DNA of 32,000 nt from Buchnera aphidicola str. APS (Acyrthosiphon pisum). Lineage in GTDB: Bacteria; Pseudomonadota; Gammaproteobacteria; Enterobacterales; Enterobacteriaceae. Shown here one piece after another: positions 20,778 through 30,475 of the stretch. Position 1 is the stretch's first letter. Every line of letters begins with the position of its first letter. The notes under the pieces were generated by a model that did no database searches, had not been told where the DNA came from, and was given only the letters and a program-made list of their open reading frames with translations. Location of the stretch: NCBI RefSeq assembly GCF_000009605.1, contig NC_002528.1, positions 480,001-512,000 on the forward strand. The letters are read 5' to 3'. The translations under genes and the position numbers were made by a program.

Positions 20778-22586
20778 ATGCTTATTTTATTAAAAAAAGC
20801 TGTAAAATTGAAAATTATACGTCCAATTGATTTTTATTTTTCTCAATTTATCGCACAAAAAAATAATATTGTTATGTTAGTTGCTGCTTGTGTAAGTTAT
20901 GAAAGCAGTAGAGGTTATATTTCTCTGCCAATTAAATATTTTGAAAAACATTATTTTTTTTCTAGTTCAAATGAAGTATTTATAAAAAAAATATTGACTC
21001 TTTTAGAAAAAAAAATAAATTGGCCCGTTGAGTTATTAAAACATGCATCTATTGGTAATGGTGGTACTTCTACACCTTTAGTTTTACATAAAAAAAAAAT
21101 ATATCTCTATAAAATGTGGAAATCTGAAAGTAATATTTTTAACTATTTATATACAAAAAATAAAAAAAATAAAATTAATCAAAAAAAATGCTCAAAAATA
21201 TTGGAAAATTTGTTTCCTCAAAAAAATATGAGTTTTCAGAAAATAGCGGTAGCATTAACTTTAATAAATAATATAACATTTATTATTGGTGGGCCCGGAA
21301 CTGGAAAAACTACTACTATATTGAAAATAATAATTGCATTAATAAAAAGTTCAAAAAAATCAATAAAAATTCAGTTATCTGCACCGACAGGAAAAGCGAC
21401 AACACATTTAAATGAAATTCTAAAAAACAATATCTTTGATCTGTATTTTTCTGAAAAAGAAAAGTGTTCTCTACCATCTACAGCTACAACTATACATCAA
21501 CTATTGGGTATTCAAAAAATATCACAAAAAAGTTTTTTTAATAAAAGTAACTGTTTAGATTTAGATGTTTTGATTATCGATGAAATCTCAATGGTAGACA
21601 TTTTAATGATGGAAAAAATATTATCTTCAATTTCAAAAAATACCAAGTTAATTTTTATAGGAGATCATAATCAATTAGGTCCAATAGAATCAGGTTCTAT
21701 TCTAAGAAAAATTTGTTATTACGCAAATGATGGATATAGCTTTAAATCTATGATTAGTATTGAAAAACTTACACAATATAAATTGTGTAAAAAAATAAAT
21801 AAAAAAACAACAAACTTTATTAGTGATAATATATGTGTTTTAAATAAAAACTACAGATTTAATAAAAATTCAGGTATTTATACGTTGTCTAATGCTATTT
21901 TTAAGAAAAAAACTAGGATCATTGAAAGTCTATTTGATAATTCGATAAAAAACATTTTTTTTTATGAAACTAACTCTTCTGAACAATATAAAAAAATGAT
22001 CAAAAATATATGTTTAAACTATGAAGATTTTTGGGAAAAAATATATAAAAAAGCGACAATGAAAGAAATAATAGAATCTTTTCAAAATTATCAAGTTTTG
22101 TGCATATTGCATGATGGTTTATTTGGTGTGAATATTATAAATAAAAAGTTAGAAGAAAATATGTATAAAAAAAATATTATAAAATATTTTTATATTGATG
22201 GAGAAGAATGGTATATAGGGAAACCTATTATGATTATTAATAATAATCGTGCTCTAAATGTATCAAATGGAAATATAGGTATTACTAACATCAATAAAAA
22301 TGGCATTTTACAAGTATCTTTTTTAAAAGAAAACAATACAATTAATAATATTCCTGTAAAGATATTAAGAAATTATAAAACTGCCTGGGCTATTACTGTT
22401 CATAAATCACAAGGTTCAGAATTTATGAATACAGCTTTAATACTACCTAATTTCAACTCTCATATTTTAAATAAAGACACTTTGTATACTGGTATAACAA
22501 GATCTCGAAAAATATTAAGTATTTTTTCAGATAAAAAAATTTTTTTAAATACTATTTTTAAAAATACGAATAAAATATTATTTTAA
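20778..22586 (+). CDS. recD: exodeoxyribonuclease V alpha subunit (helicase)
   Basis: 602 aa (E. coli 608), with GGPGTGKTTT, LSAPTGKA, IDEISMVD, VHKSQGSEF and LYTGITRSRK. Confidence 0.95.
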   Translation: MLILLKKAVKLKIIRPIDFYFSQFIAQKNNIVMLVAACVSYESSRGYISLPIKYFEKHYFFSSSNEVFIKKILTLLEKKINWPVELLKHASIGNGGTSTPLVLHKKKIYLYKMWKSESNIFNYLYTKNKKNKINQKKCSKILENLFPQKNMSFQKIAVALTLINNITFIIGGPGTGKTTTILKIIIALIKSSKKSIKIQLSAPTGKATTHLNEILKNNIFDLYFSEKEKCSLPSTATTIHQLLGIQKISQKSFFNKSNCLDLDVLIIDEISMVDILMMEKILSSISKNTKLIFIGDHNQLGPIESGSILRKICYYANDGYSFKSMISIEKLTQYKLCKKINKKTTNFISDNICVLNKNYRFNKNSGIYTLSNAIFKKKTRIIESLFDNSIKNIFFYETNSSEQYKKMIKNICLNYEDFWEKIYKKATMKEIIESFQNYQVLCILHDGLFGVNIINKKLEENMYKKNIIKYFYIDGEEWYIGKPIMIINNNRALNVSNGNIGITNINKNGILQVSFLKENNTINNIPVKILRNYKTAWAITVHKSQGSEFMNTALILPNFNSHILNKDTLYTGITRSRKILSIFSDKKIFLNTIFKNTNKILF

Positions 22587-22624
22587 TTTTAGTAATTTAT
22601 TTTTTTAATAATTCCTGAAAATAT

Positions 22625-23953
22625 TTAAATTACATCAATCATTAAAATTTTTGAACCACGCTGATAGTTATACATCTTCTTTTTACTTTCCGGTAAAACT
22701 TCAATGTCCACTAAAATAAAACCTCTTTCTTGAAACCAATGAATACTCTGGGTTGTTAATACAAAAATTCTTTTCAAGTGCATGTCTTTAGCGTTCATTT
22801 TAATTTTTTTTAACAATGCGTCCCCACGAGAAGAATTGCGATAATCGGGATGAACAGCTAGACAGGCCATTTCTCCTATTTTTTCCTTAAAAAAAGGATA
22901 TAACGCTGCACAAGCAATAGTTAAATTATCATGTTCAATAATAGTAAATTTATCTACTTCTATTTCTAATTGCTCTCGTGATCTACGAACTAAAATTCCT
23001 TTATGTTCTAATGGACGAATTAATTCTAATATTCCTCCAATATCATTAATACTAGCTCCTCTTATTTTTTCTGCTGATTCCATAACCATTTGAGTACCAA
23101 TACCATCACGAGAAAATAATTCTTGTAAAAGAGCTCCGCTTTTATGATAGCTAATTAAATGACTACGATTAACTCCACTCTTGCAGGCTTTTATTGATCC
23201 TTTTAAAAAACGAACAGTAGAGGAAATATAATCACCTTTTTTTTCCAATTTTTTAATTATATTTTTTATATCATTAGACAGTAATTCAGAAATAATTTTA
23301 CCTTCGTCATTAATCACTCCTTGATTACCACAAAAACCTATCATTTTTTCTGCTTTTAGTTCAATGCTAACTTGAGTAGCTATTTCTTCGGAAGTTAAAT
23401 TAAAACTTTCTCCTGTTACAGAAACAGCTACTGGACCAATTAAAACTATTGCTCCATTATTTAATTGACAATTAATTGCATTTTTATCAATCCTCCTAAC
23501 TCTGCCACTATGACAGTAGTCTACGCCATCATCAACTCCTAATGGTTGTGAAATAATAAAATTACCACTAACCACGCTAATATTTGCTCCTTGAAGAGGG
23601 GTGTTAGTTAAACTCATCGACAAACGTGCGGTAATGTCAAGTTGCAATTTTCCTGCAGCCTGTTTCACTTGCTCCAAAGATGCTAAATCAGTAATACGTA
23701 TAGATTTATGATAAATTATTTTGATATTTTTTTCTTTTAAACTAGTATTAATTTGAGGACAAGCGCCGTATACAACTACCAAACGAATGCCTAAACTATG
23801 TAATAATCCTATATCATTAATGATACTATAAAAATTTCCATATTTGATCGCTTCACCACCTAACATTATTACAAACGTTTTACCTCGATGAGCATTAATG
23901 TAAGGAACGCTGTGACGAAAACCCTGAACTAATTCAGTATTACGTTCTTTCAT
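22625..23953 (-). CDS. argA: N-acetylglutamate synthase
   Basis: 442 aa (E. coli 443), with [25 protein letters not shown] and [15 protein letters not shown], plus a C-terminal GNAT region [24 protein letters not shown] lies 5 nt upstream of the ATG. Confidence 0.96.
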   Translation of the reverse strand: MKERNTELVQGFRHSVPYINAHRGKTFVIMLGGEAIKYGNFYSIINDIGLLHSLGIRLVVVYGACPQINTSLKEKNIKIIYHKSIRITDLASLEQVKQAAGKLQLDITARLSMSLTNTPLQGANISVVSGNFIISQPLGVDDGVDYCHSGRVRRIDKNAINCQLNNGAIVLIGPVAVSVTGESFNLTSEEIATQVSIELKAEKMIGFCGNQGVINDEGKIISELLSNDIKNIIKKLEKKGDYISSTVRFLKGSIKACKSGVNRSHLISYHKSGALLQELFSRDGIGTQMVMESAEKIRGASINDIGGILELIRPLEHKGILVRRSREQLEIEVDKFTIIEHDNLTIACAALYPFFKEKIGEMACLAVHPDYRNSSRGDALLKKIKMNAKDMHLKRIFVLTTQSIHWFQERGFILVDIEVLPESKKKMYNYQRGSKILMIDVI

Positions 23954-23963
23954 ATCAATCCTC

Positions 23964-23980
23964 TTGCATTTTTAATGCAA
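23964..23980. repeat. 17-bp perfect palindrome immediately 5' of the argA Shine-Dalgarno
   Basis: The sequence is ttgcatt-ttt-aatgcaa. On the argA strand the mRNA would read UUGCAUUAAAAAUGCAA-GAGGAUUGAU-AUG. Confidence 0.6.
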
Positions 23981-24098
23981 TATATATATTATTTTTTTGT
24001 TAATTTAATTTTTATCATCTCGGACAAGATAATATTAAAATTCTGAAAGGTTTTTTTGAATAATTTGAAAAAAGACAGGGTTGAATTAATTTTTTTAG

Positions 24099-24132
24099 AA
24101 TAATTATAATTTTAATAATTATAATTTTAATA
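24099..24132. repeat. tandem duplication 2.3 x 15 bp (aataattataatttt) just 3' of tRNA-fMet
   Basis: 24099-24113 and 24114-24128 are identical, followed by a partial third copy 'aata'. Each unit contains the 10-bp palindrome aattataatt. Confidence 0.7.
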
Positions 24133-24135
24133 TAT

Positions 24136-24212
<77 letters not shown>

Positions 24213-24236
24213 CCTGTATTAATATACATATTACAC

Positions 24237-24275
24237 TTTTATAAAAAAATTGCAATAATTTTTATAAAAAAATTG
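24237..24275. repeat. 16-bp perfect direct repeat (ttttataaaaaaattg) with 23-bp period in the tRNA-fMet/mltA divergent spacer
   Basis: The copies lie at 24237-24252 and 24260-24275, and the flanking bases differ. Confidence 0.6.
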
Positions 24276-24320
24276 TTAATTAAAAATATTTTATTAATCA
24301 ATAAGTTTGAATATATAAAA

Positions 24321-25400
24321 ATGCAAAAAAAAATCATTAAAACAATAATATTTTTTAGTTTATTTTTTTTATTTGAAAAATCATATGCATATATAAATAT
24401 CAATCAAGGACAACAGTATGAAAAAAAACTCATTCAAAATTTGACAAAAATAAAGCAAATAAATATTAAAAAAAAAATAATTAATGCAGAATCATTTTAT
24501 ATTCAAGTGGAAAAAATAAAAAAATTTTCTCCATCTTTATATTTAAAAAATGAGTCTACTTATAAAACAATTTTAAAATGGTTGAAAAAAAACTCTAATA
24601 TTAATGAACTTAATGAATTTGGAATCAATTTATTTCAAATGAAAGGGATAGATAACTATGGTAATGTTAAAATAACTGGATATTATACCCCAATAGTACA
24701 AGCTAGAAAAATTAAAAAAAATAACTTTAAATATCCGATATATTCTATGCCTTATCATCTAAAAAAAAATGAACCTTTACCAAAAAGAAAAGATATATAT
24801 AATGGAGTTTTAGATAAAAAATATATTTTAGCTTATAGTAATTCTTTAATAGATAACTTTATTATGGAAATTCAAGGTAGTGCATTTATAGATTATGGAA
24901 ATAAGAAAAAATTAATATTTTTTAGCTACGCAGGAAAAAATGGTTGGCCCTATAAATCAATTGGACAAATCCTTATAAATCGAGGTGATATAGAAAAAAA
25001 AAATATGTCTATGCAGGCTATTAATAAATGGTTTACAAAACACACAAACAAAGAAATACAAGATTTATTTGAAAAAAATGAATCCTTTGTGTTCTTTAAA
25101 GAAACAAAAAAAAAACAGGTATATGGAGCAAGTGCTGTACCATTAATAGCGCAAACATCAGTAGCAGCTGATAATTCTATAATCAAAAAAGGAAGTGTAA
25201 TTTTATTAAAAATACCAATACTTGATCAAAATGGTGTGTTTTTAAATAAATATGAAATGCGTTTAGTAATTGCTTTAGATGTAGGAGGTGCAATTAAAGG
25301 CCATCATTTTGATATTTATGAAGGAATTGGTACAAAAGCATCTATACTATCAGGTTATTATAATCATTATGGATATGCTTGGATACTGAATAAAAAATAA
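24321..25400 (+). CDS. mltA: membrane-bound lytic murein transglycosylase A homologue
   Basis: Colinear with E. coli MltA in NYGNV(K/Q)(I/F)[15 protein letters not shown](I/M)[14 protein letters not shown] and LDVGGAIKG(H/Q)HFDIY. I prefer ATG 24321 ([18 protein letters not shown]... signal-like N-terminus) over the track's TTG 24273. Confidence 0.9.
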
Positions 25401-25438
25401 TTAATTATATCAATTTAAATAATAAGAAAATATAAAAA

Positions 25439-25921
25439 ATGAATATAATCCAATCAGGAATTACAGCTGAAAACTCATCTATTGCTATAATAATTGCTCG
25501 ATTTAATGAATTTATTAATAAAAATTTATTACTAGGAGCACTAGATACCTTGAAAAGAATAGGTCAGGTACACGAAGAGAACATCTTAAAAATATATGTT
25601 CCTGGAACATATGAAATACCAACTATTGCAAGTTATATCGCAAAATCTGGAAAATATGATGCGATCATCGCTATAGGAACAATTATAAAAGGACAAACTG
25701 ATCATTTTAAATATATCGCTAATGATACTAGTAGTAGTCTTTCTAGAATTAGCGCTCAATATTTTTTACCTATTACACTAGGGATACTAACAACTAAAAA
25801 CATTGAGCAGTCAATTGAAAGATCTGGAACAAAAATGGGAAACAAAGGATCTGATGCCGCTTTAGCCGCATTAGAAATGATTAATGTTATGAAAAAATTA
25901 AAAAAAGTAATATATTATTAA
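25439..25921 (+). CDS. ribH: 6,7-dimethyl-8-ribityllumazine synthase
   Basis: 160 aa (E. coli 156), with IARFNEFIN, KYDAIIA(I/L)GT(I/V)I(K/R)G and IERSGTKMGNKGSDAALAALEMINV. Confidence 0.95.
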   Translation: MNIIQSGITAENSSIAIIIARFNEFINKNLLLGALDTLKRIGQVHEENILKIYVPGTYEIPTIASYIAKSGKYDAIIAIGTIIKGQTDHFKYIANDTSSSLSRISAQYFLPITLGILTTKNIEQSIERSGTKMGNKGSDAALAALEMINVMKKLKKVIYY

Positions 25922-25950
25922 ACATCTATTTTAATATTCAACTATTTATA

Positions 25951-26922
25951 ATGAAATATACTGAATTTGAAATTATATCAAAATACTTTAAACGTAATCA
26001 AAAAAAAGATGTTAATGAAATTAAAGGTATTGGAGATGATAGTGCTTTAATAAAAATACCAAAAAATAATATTCTTGCAATTAGTACTGATACACTAGTT
26101 GAAGGAACTCATTTTTTAAAAAATATATCTCCTGAAGATTTAGGATATAAAACAGTAGCAGTTAATCTCAGTGATCTTGCTGCTATGGGTGCTGAACCCA
26201 AGTGGACAACATTATCTATTACAATGCCTGAATCTAATAATATATGGCTAAAAAAATTTAGTAGCAGTTTTTTTAAAATATTAAACAAGTATAATGTACG
26301 ATTAATTGGTGGCGATACAAACCGCGGATCATTAAGCATCACTTTAAGTATGTATGGGTTACTAAAAAAACAGATTGCATTGCTAAGAAGTAATGCTAAT
26401 ATAGGAGATTTGATTTATGTAACTGGAACTCTTGGGGAAAGTGCAGCCGGTTTATTTTTACTTAAAAAAAATATTTTTATAAAAAACGTAAATATACGAA
26501 ATTATTTGATTAAAAAACATTTAAATCCTATACCCAGAGTTTCTGAAGGTATGGCTCTTAGAAAAATTGCAAATGCAGCTATTGATTTATCAGACGGATT
26601 AATTGCCGATTTAGATCACATATTAAATGATAGTCAATGCGGAGCAAATATTAATTTAAATAAAATTCCTATTTCAAAAGTTTTAATTGACAACTTTCAA
26701 AGTCAAAATTATCTGAATTGGGCATTAAATGTAGGAGAAGATTATGAGTTATGTTTTACTATCTCAAAAAAAAATATAGATAAACTAAAAATAATCAAAA
26801 AAAAATTCTTAGTAAATTTCACATGTATTGGATACATTACACCTATTGAACAAGGTTTTAATTTATTTGATAACCAAAAGAAAATTATCTTTAAAAAAAA
26901 AGGTTTTAATCACTTTGATTAA
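25951..26922 (+). CDS. thiL: thiamine-monophosphate kinase
   Basis: 323 aa (E. coli 325), with GIGDDSALI, AISTDTLVEGTHF, AVNLSDLAAMGA, IDLSDGLI and GEDYELCFT. Confidence 0.92.
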   Translation: MKYTEFEIISKYFKRNQKKDVNEIKGIGDDSALIKIPKNNILAISTDTLVEGTHFLKNISPEDLGYKTVAVNLSDLAAMGAEPKWTTLSITMPESNNIWLKKFSSSFFKILNKYNVRLIGGDTNRGSLSITLSMYGLLKKQIALLRSNANIGDLIYVTGTLGESAAGLFLLKKNIFIKNVNIRNYLIKKHLNPIPRVSEGMALRKIANAAIDLSDGLIADLDHILNDSQCGANINLNKIPISKVLIDNFQSQNYLNWALNVGEDYELCFTISKKNIDKLKIIKKKFLVNFTCIGYITPIEQGFNLFDNQKKIIFKKKGFNHFD

Positions 26923-26959
26923 AAGTTTATAAAAAATTTAAAAAATATGTTGGTTAAAT

Positions 26960-27403
26960 ATGAACGATATATTTTACATGAAAAGAGCAATAGAACTTAG
27001 TAAATTAGGTGAATTTACTACAGCACCAAATCCTAATGTAGGATGTGTTATTGTCAAAAATAACATAATTGTTGGTGAAGGATGGCATGAACAAGCAGGA
27101 AAAAATCATGCAGAAATTAATGCATTAATTATGGCTGGAGAAAAAGCACAAGGAGGAACAGCTTATGTAACATTAGAACCATGTAATCATTTTGGTAAAA
27201 CCCCTCCATGCTGTAATGCACTCATTAAATCTGGAATTAATCGTGTTGTCATTTCTAATATAGATCCTAATCCTAAAATTTCTGGTAATGGAATACTATA
27301 TTTAAAAAAACACGGTATTTGTGTAAAAACAGGTTTGCTATCAAAAGAATCAAAACAATATAATAAAGGGTTTTTTAAAAGAATGAAAACTGGATTTCCA
27401 TGA
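26960..27403 (+). CDS. ribD1: riboflavin biosynthesis RibD, deaminase domain (ends at in-frame TGA 27401-27403)
   Basis: 147 aa, with the zinc-deaminase motifs HAEINAL and TLEPCNHFGKTPPCC. It ends ...KRMKTGFP*, exactly at the E. coli RibD domain boundary (..RMRTGFPY). Confidence 0.9.
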   Translation: MNDIFYMKRAIELSKLGEFTTAPNPNVGCVIVKNNIIVGEGWHEQAGKNHAEINALIMAGEKAQGGTAYVTLEPCNHFGKTPPCCNALIKSGINRVVISNIDPNPKISGNGILYLKKHGICVKTGLLSKESKQYNKGFFKRMKTGFP

Positions 27404-27445
27404 ATACAGCTTAAAATAGCTATATCAATCGATGGAAGAATTGCA

Positions 27446-28069
27446 ATGAGAAACGGCGATAGTAAATGGATTACTTCAAAACAGGCGCGTCAAGATGTTC
27501 AAAAATTTCGAGCAAAAAGTTCAGTAATTCTAAGTAGCAGTTCTACTATTTTAAGTGATAATCCTTTATTAAACGTACGATATAAAGAGCTTGATAAAAA
27601 AACACTATCTATTTTCCCTAATAAAATATTTCAACATCCAATAAGAGTAATTATAGATAGCAAAAATCGTGTTCAACCGTCACATAATATTATTAAAACA
27701 AAAGGGAAAATTTGGTTAATTAGATTAAAATCTGATAGAAAAATATGGCCTAAAAATACAACTCAAATTATAGAAAAAGATCATAATAAAAAAATTAATA
27801 TATTTTCTCTTTTAAAATTCTTAGGACAGTCAGAAATTAACAATGTTTGGATAGAAGCTGGCAGTACTTTATCGGGATTCTTATTAAATTCATATTTAAT
27901 TGATGAATTAATTATATATATGGCTCCTAAAATACTTGGACATGAAGCAAAACCATTATGTATGATTTATGAAAAATTAAAAATATCGAACTCTCTTCAA
28001 TTCAAGTTTAAAAATATTTGTCAAATAGGTCCCGATATAAGATTAATCTTATCTCCCAAAAAAATATAA
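27446..28069 (+). CDS. ribD2: riboflavin biosynthesis RibD, reductase domain (first ATG; homology actually begins at 27404, directly after the TGA, in the same frame)
   Basis: 207 aa from ATG 27446, with [18 protein letters not shown] matching E. coli SQWITSPQARRDVQLLRA. Codons 27404-27445 read [14 protein letters not shown], against E. coli [14 protein letters not shown]. A GGAAG lies 7 nt upstream of the ATG. Confidence 0.88.
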   Translation: MRNGDSKWITSKQARQDVQKFRAKSSVILSSSSTILSDNPLLNVRYKELDKKTLSIFPNKIFQHPIRVIIDSKNRVQPSHNIIKTKGKIWLIRLKSDRKIWPKNTTQIIEKDHNKKINIFSLLKFLGQSEINNVWIEAGSTLSGFLLNSYLIDELIIYMAPKILGHEAKPLCMIYEKLKISNSLQFKFKNICQIGPDIRLILSPKKI

Positions 28070-28105
28070 TACTAATATATTAAATATATAAGAGAAATTT
28101 TATTT

Positions 28106-28537
28106 ATGAAACCATCTTTTCGAAGAAAAGCACGCGCATGTGCATTACAAGTATTGTATTCTTGGGAAATATCTCATAACAATATTAAAGAAAGTGCCAT
28201 CTATTTTTTAAAAGAAAAAAATAAAAAAAATATTGATATTGTATACTTTTATGAATTAATTATTGGAATTACATACGACTGTAAAAATATAGATAATTTA
28301 ATGAAACCTTATTTATTTAGATCATTAAAAGAATTAGGACATATTGAAAGGGCAATTCTTAGAATTTCATTTTATGAATTACATAAAAGAAATGATATAC
28401 CTTATAAAGTTTCAATTAATGAAGGTATTGAACTAGCTAAATTATTTGGTTCTGAAGATAGTCATAAATTTATCAATGGTGTTTTAGATAAAGCAGTATT
28501 TAAAATGGGATATAACAAAAAAGTTGTTATCGCATAA
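28106..28537 (+). CDS. nusB: transcription antitermination factor NusB
   Basis: 143 aa (E. coli 139), with [22 protein letters not shown](S/A)INE(G/A)IELAK and [14 protein letters not shown]. Confidence 0.95.
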   Translation: MKPSFRRKARACALQVLYSWEISHNNIKESAIYFLKEKNKKNIDIVYFYELIIGITYDCKNIDNLMKPYLFRSLKELGHIERAILRISFYELHKRNDIPYKVSINEGIELAKLFGSEDSHKFINGVLDKAVFKMGYNKKVVIA

Positions 28538-28591
28538 TCATATGATAAAAAATCATATCTATTCTATACTATACTATTAATATTTTTTATA

Positions 28592-30418
28592 TTATTGTCT
28601 TAGCCAATAAAATATTTGTTTATAGATACCTTCAGAATCTAATTTATAGACATGTCTAATTTCTTCTTGCGTGCCTTGAGGGATAAATGTATCCGGTAGT
28701 CCAATATTTAAAACTGGCAGAAAAATCTTATTTACCATAATGAATTCGTTAACAGCACTGCCTGCTCCACCAGAAATAACACCTTCTTCAAGAGTGATAA
28801 AGAATTTATTTTGAGAAGATAATTTCAAAATCATACTTTTATCTAAAGGCTTAACAAAACGCATATCAACTAATGTTGCATCTAACTTTTCTGCTGCACA
28901 ATAAGCATTGTGCAACAAAATACCAAAATTTAAAATAGCTATTTTTTTACCTCTTCTTTTTATAAGAGATTTTCCTATTGGAATTCTATTCATAGGCATT
29001 AATAATTCTCCTACACCGTATCCTTTAGGATATCTTACTACACTAGGACCCTTATTATGCATATAGCCAGTATAAAGCATTTGACGACATTCGTTTTCAT
29101 TGCTAGGTGTCATAATAACTATACCTGGAATACACCTTAGATAAGCTAGATCAAAAACTCCCTGATGAGTTTGACCATCATTCCCAACAATCCCAGCTCT
29201 ATCGACAGCAAACAAAACAGATAGTTTTTGTAAAGCTATGTCATGTATAAGTTGATCATAAGCTCTTTGAAAAAAAGTAGAATAAATTGAAACAACTGGT
29301 TTATAGCCACTAATTGCAAGACCTGCTGCAAAAGTAACTGCATGTTGTTCAGCAATAGCAACATCAAAATATTGATTTGGAAAGAGACGAGAAAATTTCA
29401 CCATTCCAGACCCTTCACACATTGCAGGTGTGATAGCTATTAATTTTTTATCAAATGCAGCTATTTCACAAAGCCAGGTACCAAAAACATCTGAATAACT
29501 AAGAGATTTTGAAACTGATGAATCACGTGAAGATATTGTATGCCATTTGATAGGATTTAGCTCAGCAGGAAGATAACCTTTTCCTTTTTTAGTTACAAGA
29601 TGCAATAAATACGTACCTTTTTTATTCTTGATTTTTTTTAATGTATTAATAATAGAAAAAATATTATGCCCATCAAATGGTCCTAAATACTTACATCCTA
29701 AATTAGAAAAAATTGAATTAAAAGATATAGAATGATTTTGAATTCGTTTATCTTTAAAAAATAGCTTCTTATTCAATAAACGTATTTTTTTTCGGTTTTT
29801 TTGAGTATTTTGAACACTTCTTAAAATTTTTAAATGCTTGTTTAAAGCTCCGACGTTTCTTGAAATAGACATTTGATTATCATTCAATATAACTAATAAA
29901 TTAGATTGTATTTCACCAGCATGGTTTATAGCTTCAAATGCCATACCAGCAGTCATTGCACCATCACCAATAATACATATAGTTTTTCTATTTCTACCTT
30001 CTTTTTCAGCTGCAATAGACATTCCTAAACCTGCGCTGATTGAAGTAGAAGAATGACCGACACTTAAAGAATCATATTCACTTTCTTCTCGACAAGGGAA
30101 AGAATGTAATCCATTTTTTTTTCTAATACTGTTTATTTTTTCACCTCTACCAGTCAATATTTTATGAGGATATGCCTGATGCCCTGTATCCCATAATAAA
30201 TTATCAAATGGGGTATTATACACATAATGAAGAGCTACAGTAATTTCTACTACACCTAATCCAGAAGCAAAGTGTCCTTTAGAAATACTCACTACGTCTA
30301 ACAAGTATTCTCGTAGTTCAAAACATAATTGTGGCAACTGTTCGACACTTAAAAGTCGTAAATTTTCTACTGAATTAGCAAAAGATAAAATTGGATATTT
30401 GTTAAAATTAAAATTCAT
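28592..30418 (-). CDS. dxs: 1-deoxy-D-xylulose-5-phosphate synthase
   Basis: 608 aa (E. coli 620), with GHFASGLG, the ThDP motif [13 protein letters not shown]...[17 protein letters not shown] and [15 protein letters not shown]. Confidence 0.97.
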
Positions 30419-30475
30419 TAGATACTCATTATTAAATTTATTTCATACATTTGATGATAAATTTTATTAATTTTT

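Noticed and set aside
23964-23980. Calling the argA-proximal palindrome an ArgR ARG box
   Set aside because: The half-site spacing is 5 nt rather than the consensus 4 nt, each half-site has a mismatch, only one box is present, and I cannot see whether argR exists. It is kept only as an unexplained palindrome.
24228-24255. Sigma-70-like promoter for tRNA-fMet on the minus strand (TTGCAA 24255-24250, 16-bp spacer, TAATAT 24233-24228), and similar -35/-10 look-alikes upstream of leuS and mltA
   Set aside because: Each hexamer matches the consensus at only 4 of 6 positions. In DNA this AT-rich such matches occur every few dozen bases, so I cannot distinguish them from background without transcript mapping.
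24273-24320. TTG 24273 as the mltA start (the track's 375-aa version)
   Set aside because: The extra 16 residues ([15 protein letters not shown]) precede a typical Met-Lys-Lys plus hydrophobic signal sequence that starts at ATG 24321. The TTG is simply part of the 16-bp intergenic direct repeat.
24950-26342. Antisense ORFs 24950-25186 (in mltA) and 26109-26342 (in thiL)
   Set aside because: They are embedded opposite conserved genes and have no supporting features, so I treat them as spurious.
27401-27403. UGA reassigned to Trp (genetic code 4), which would fuse ribD1 and ribD2
   Set aside because: Conserved Trp residues in the window are encoded by TGG, for example KTWGCQ in miaB at 1030-1047. 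No other gene contains an in-frame TGA, and recC appears to terminate normally at TGA. The E. coli residue at this position is Tyr, not Trp.
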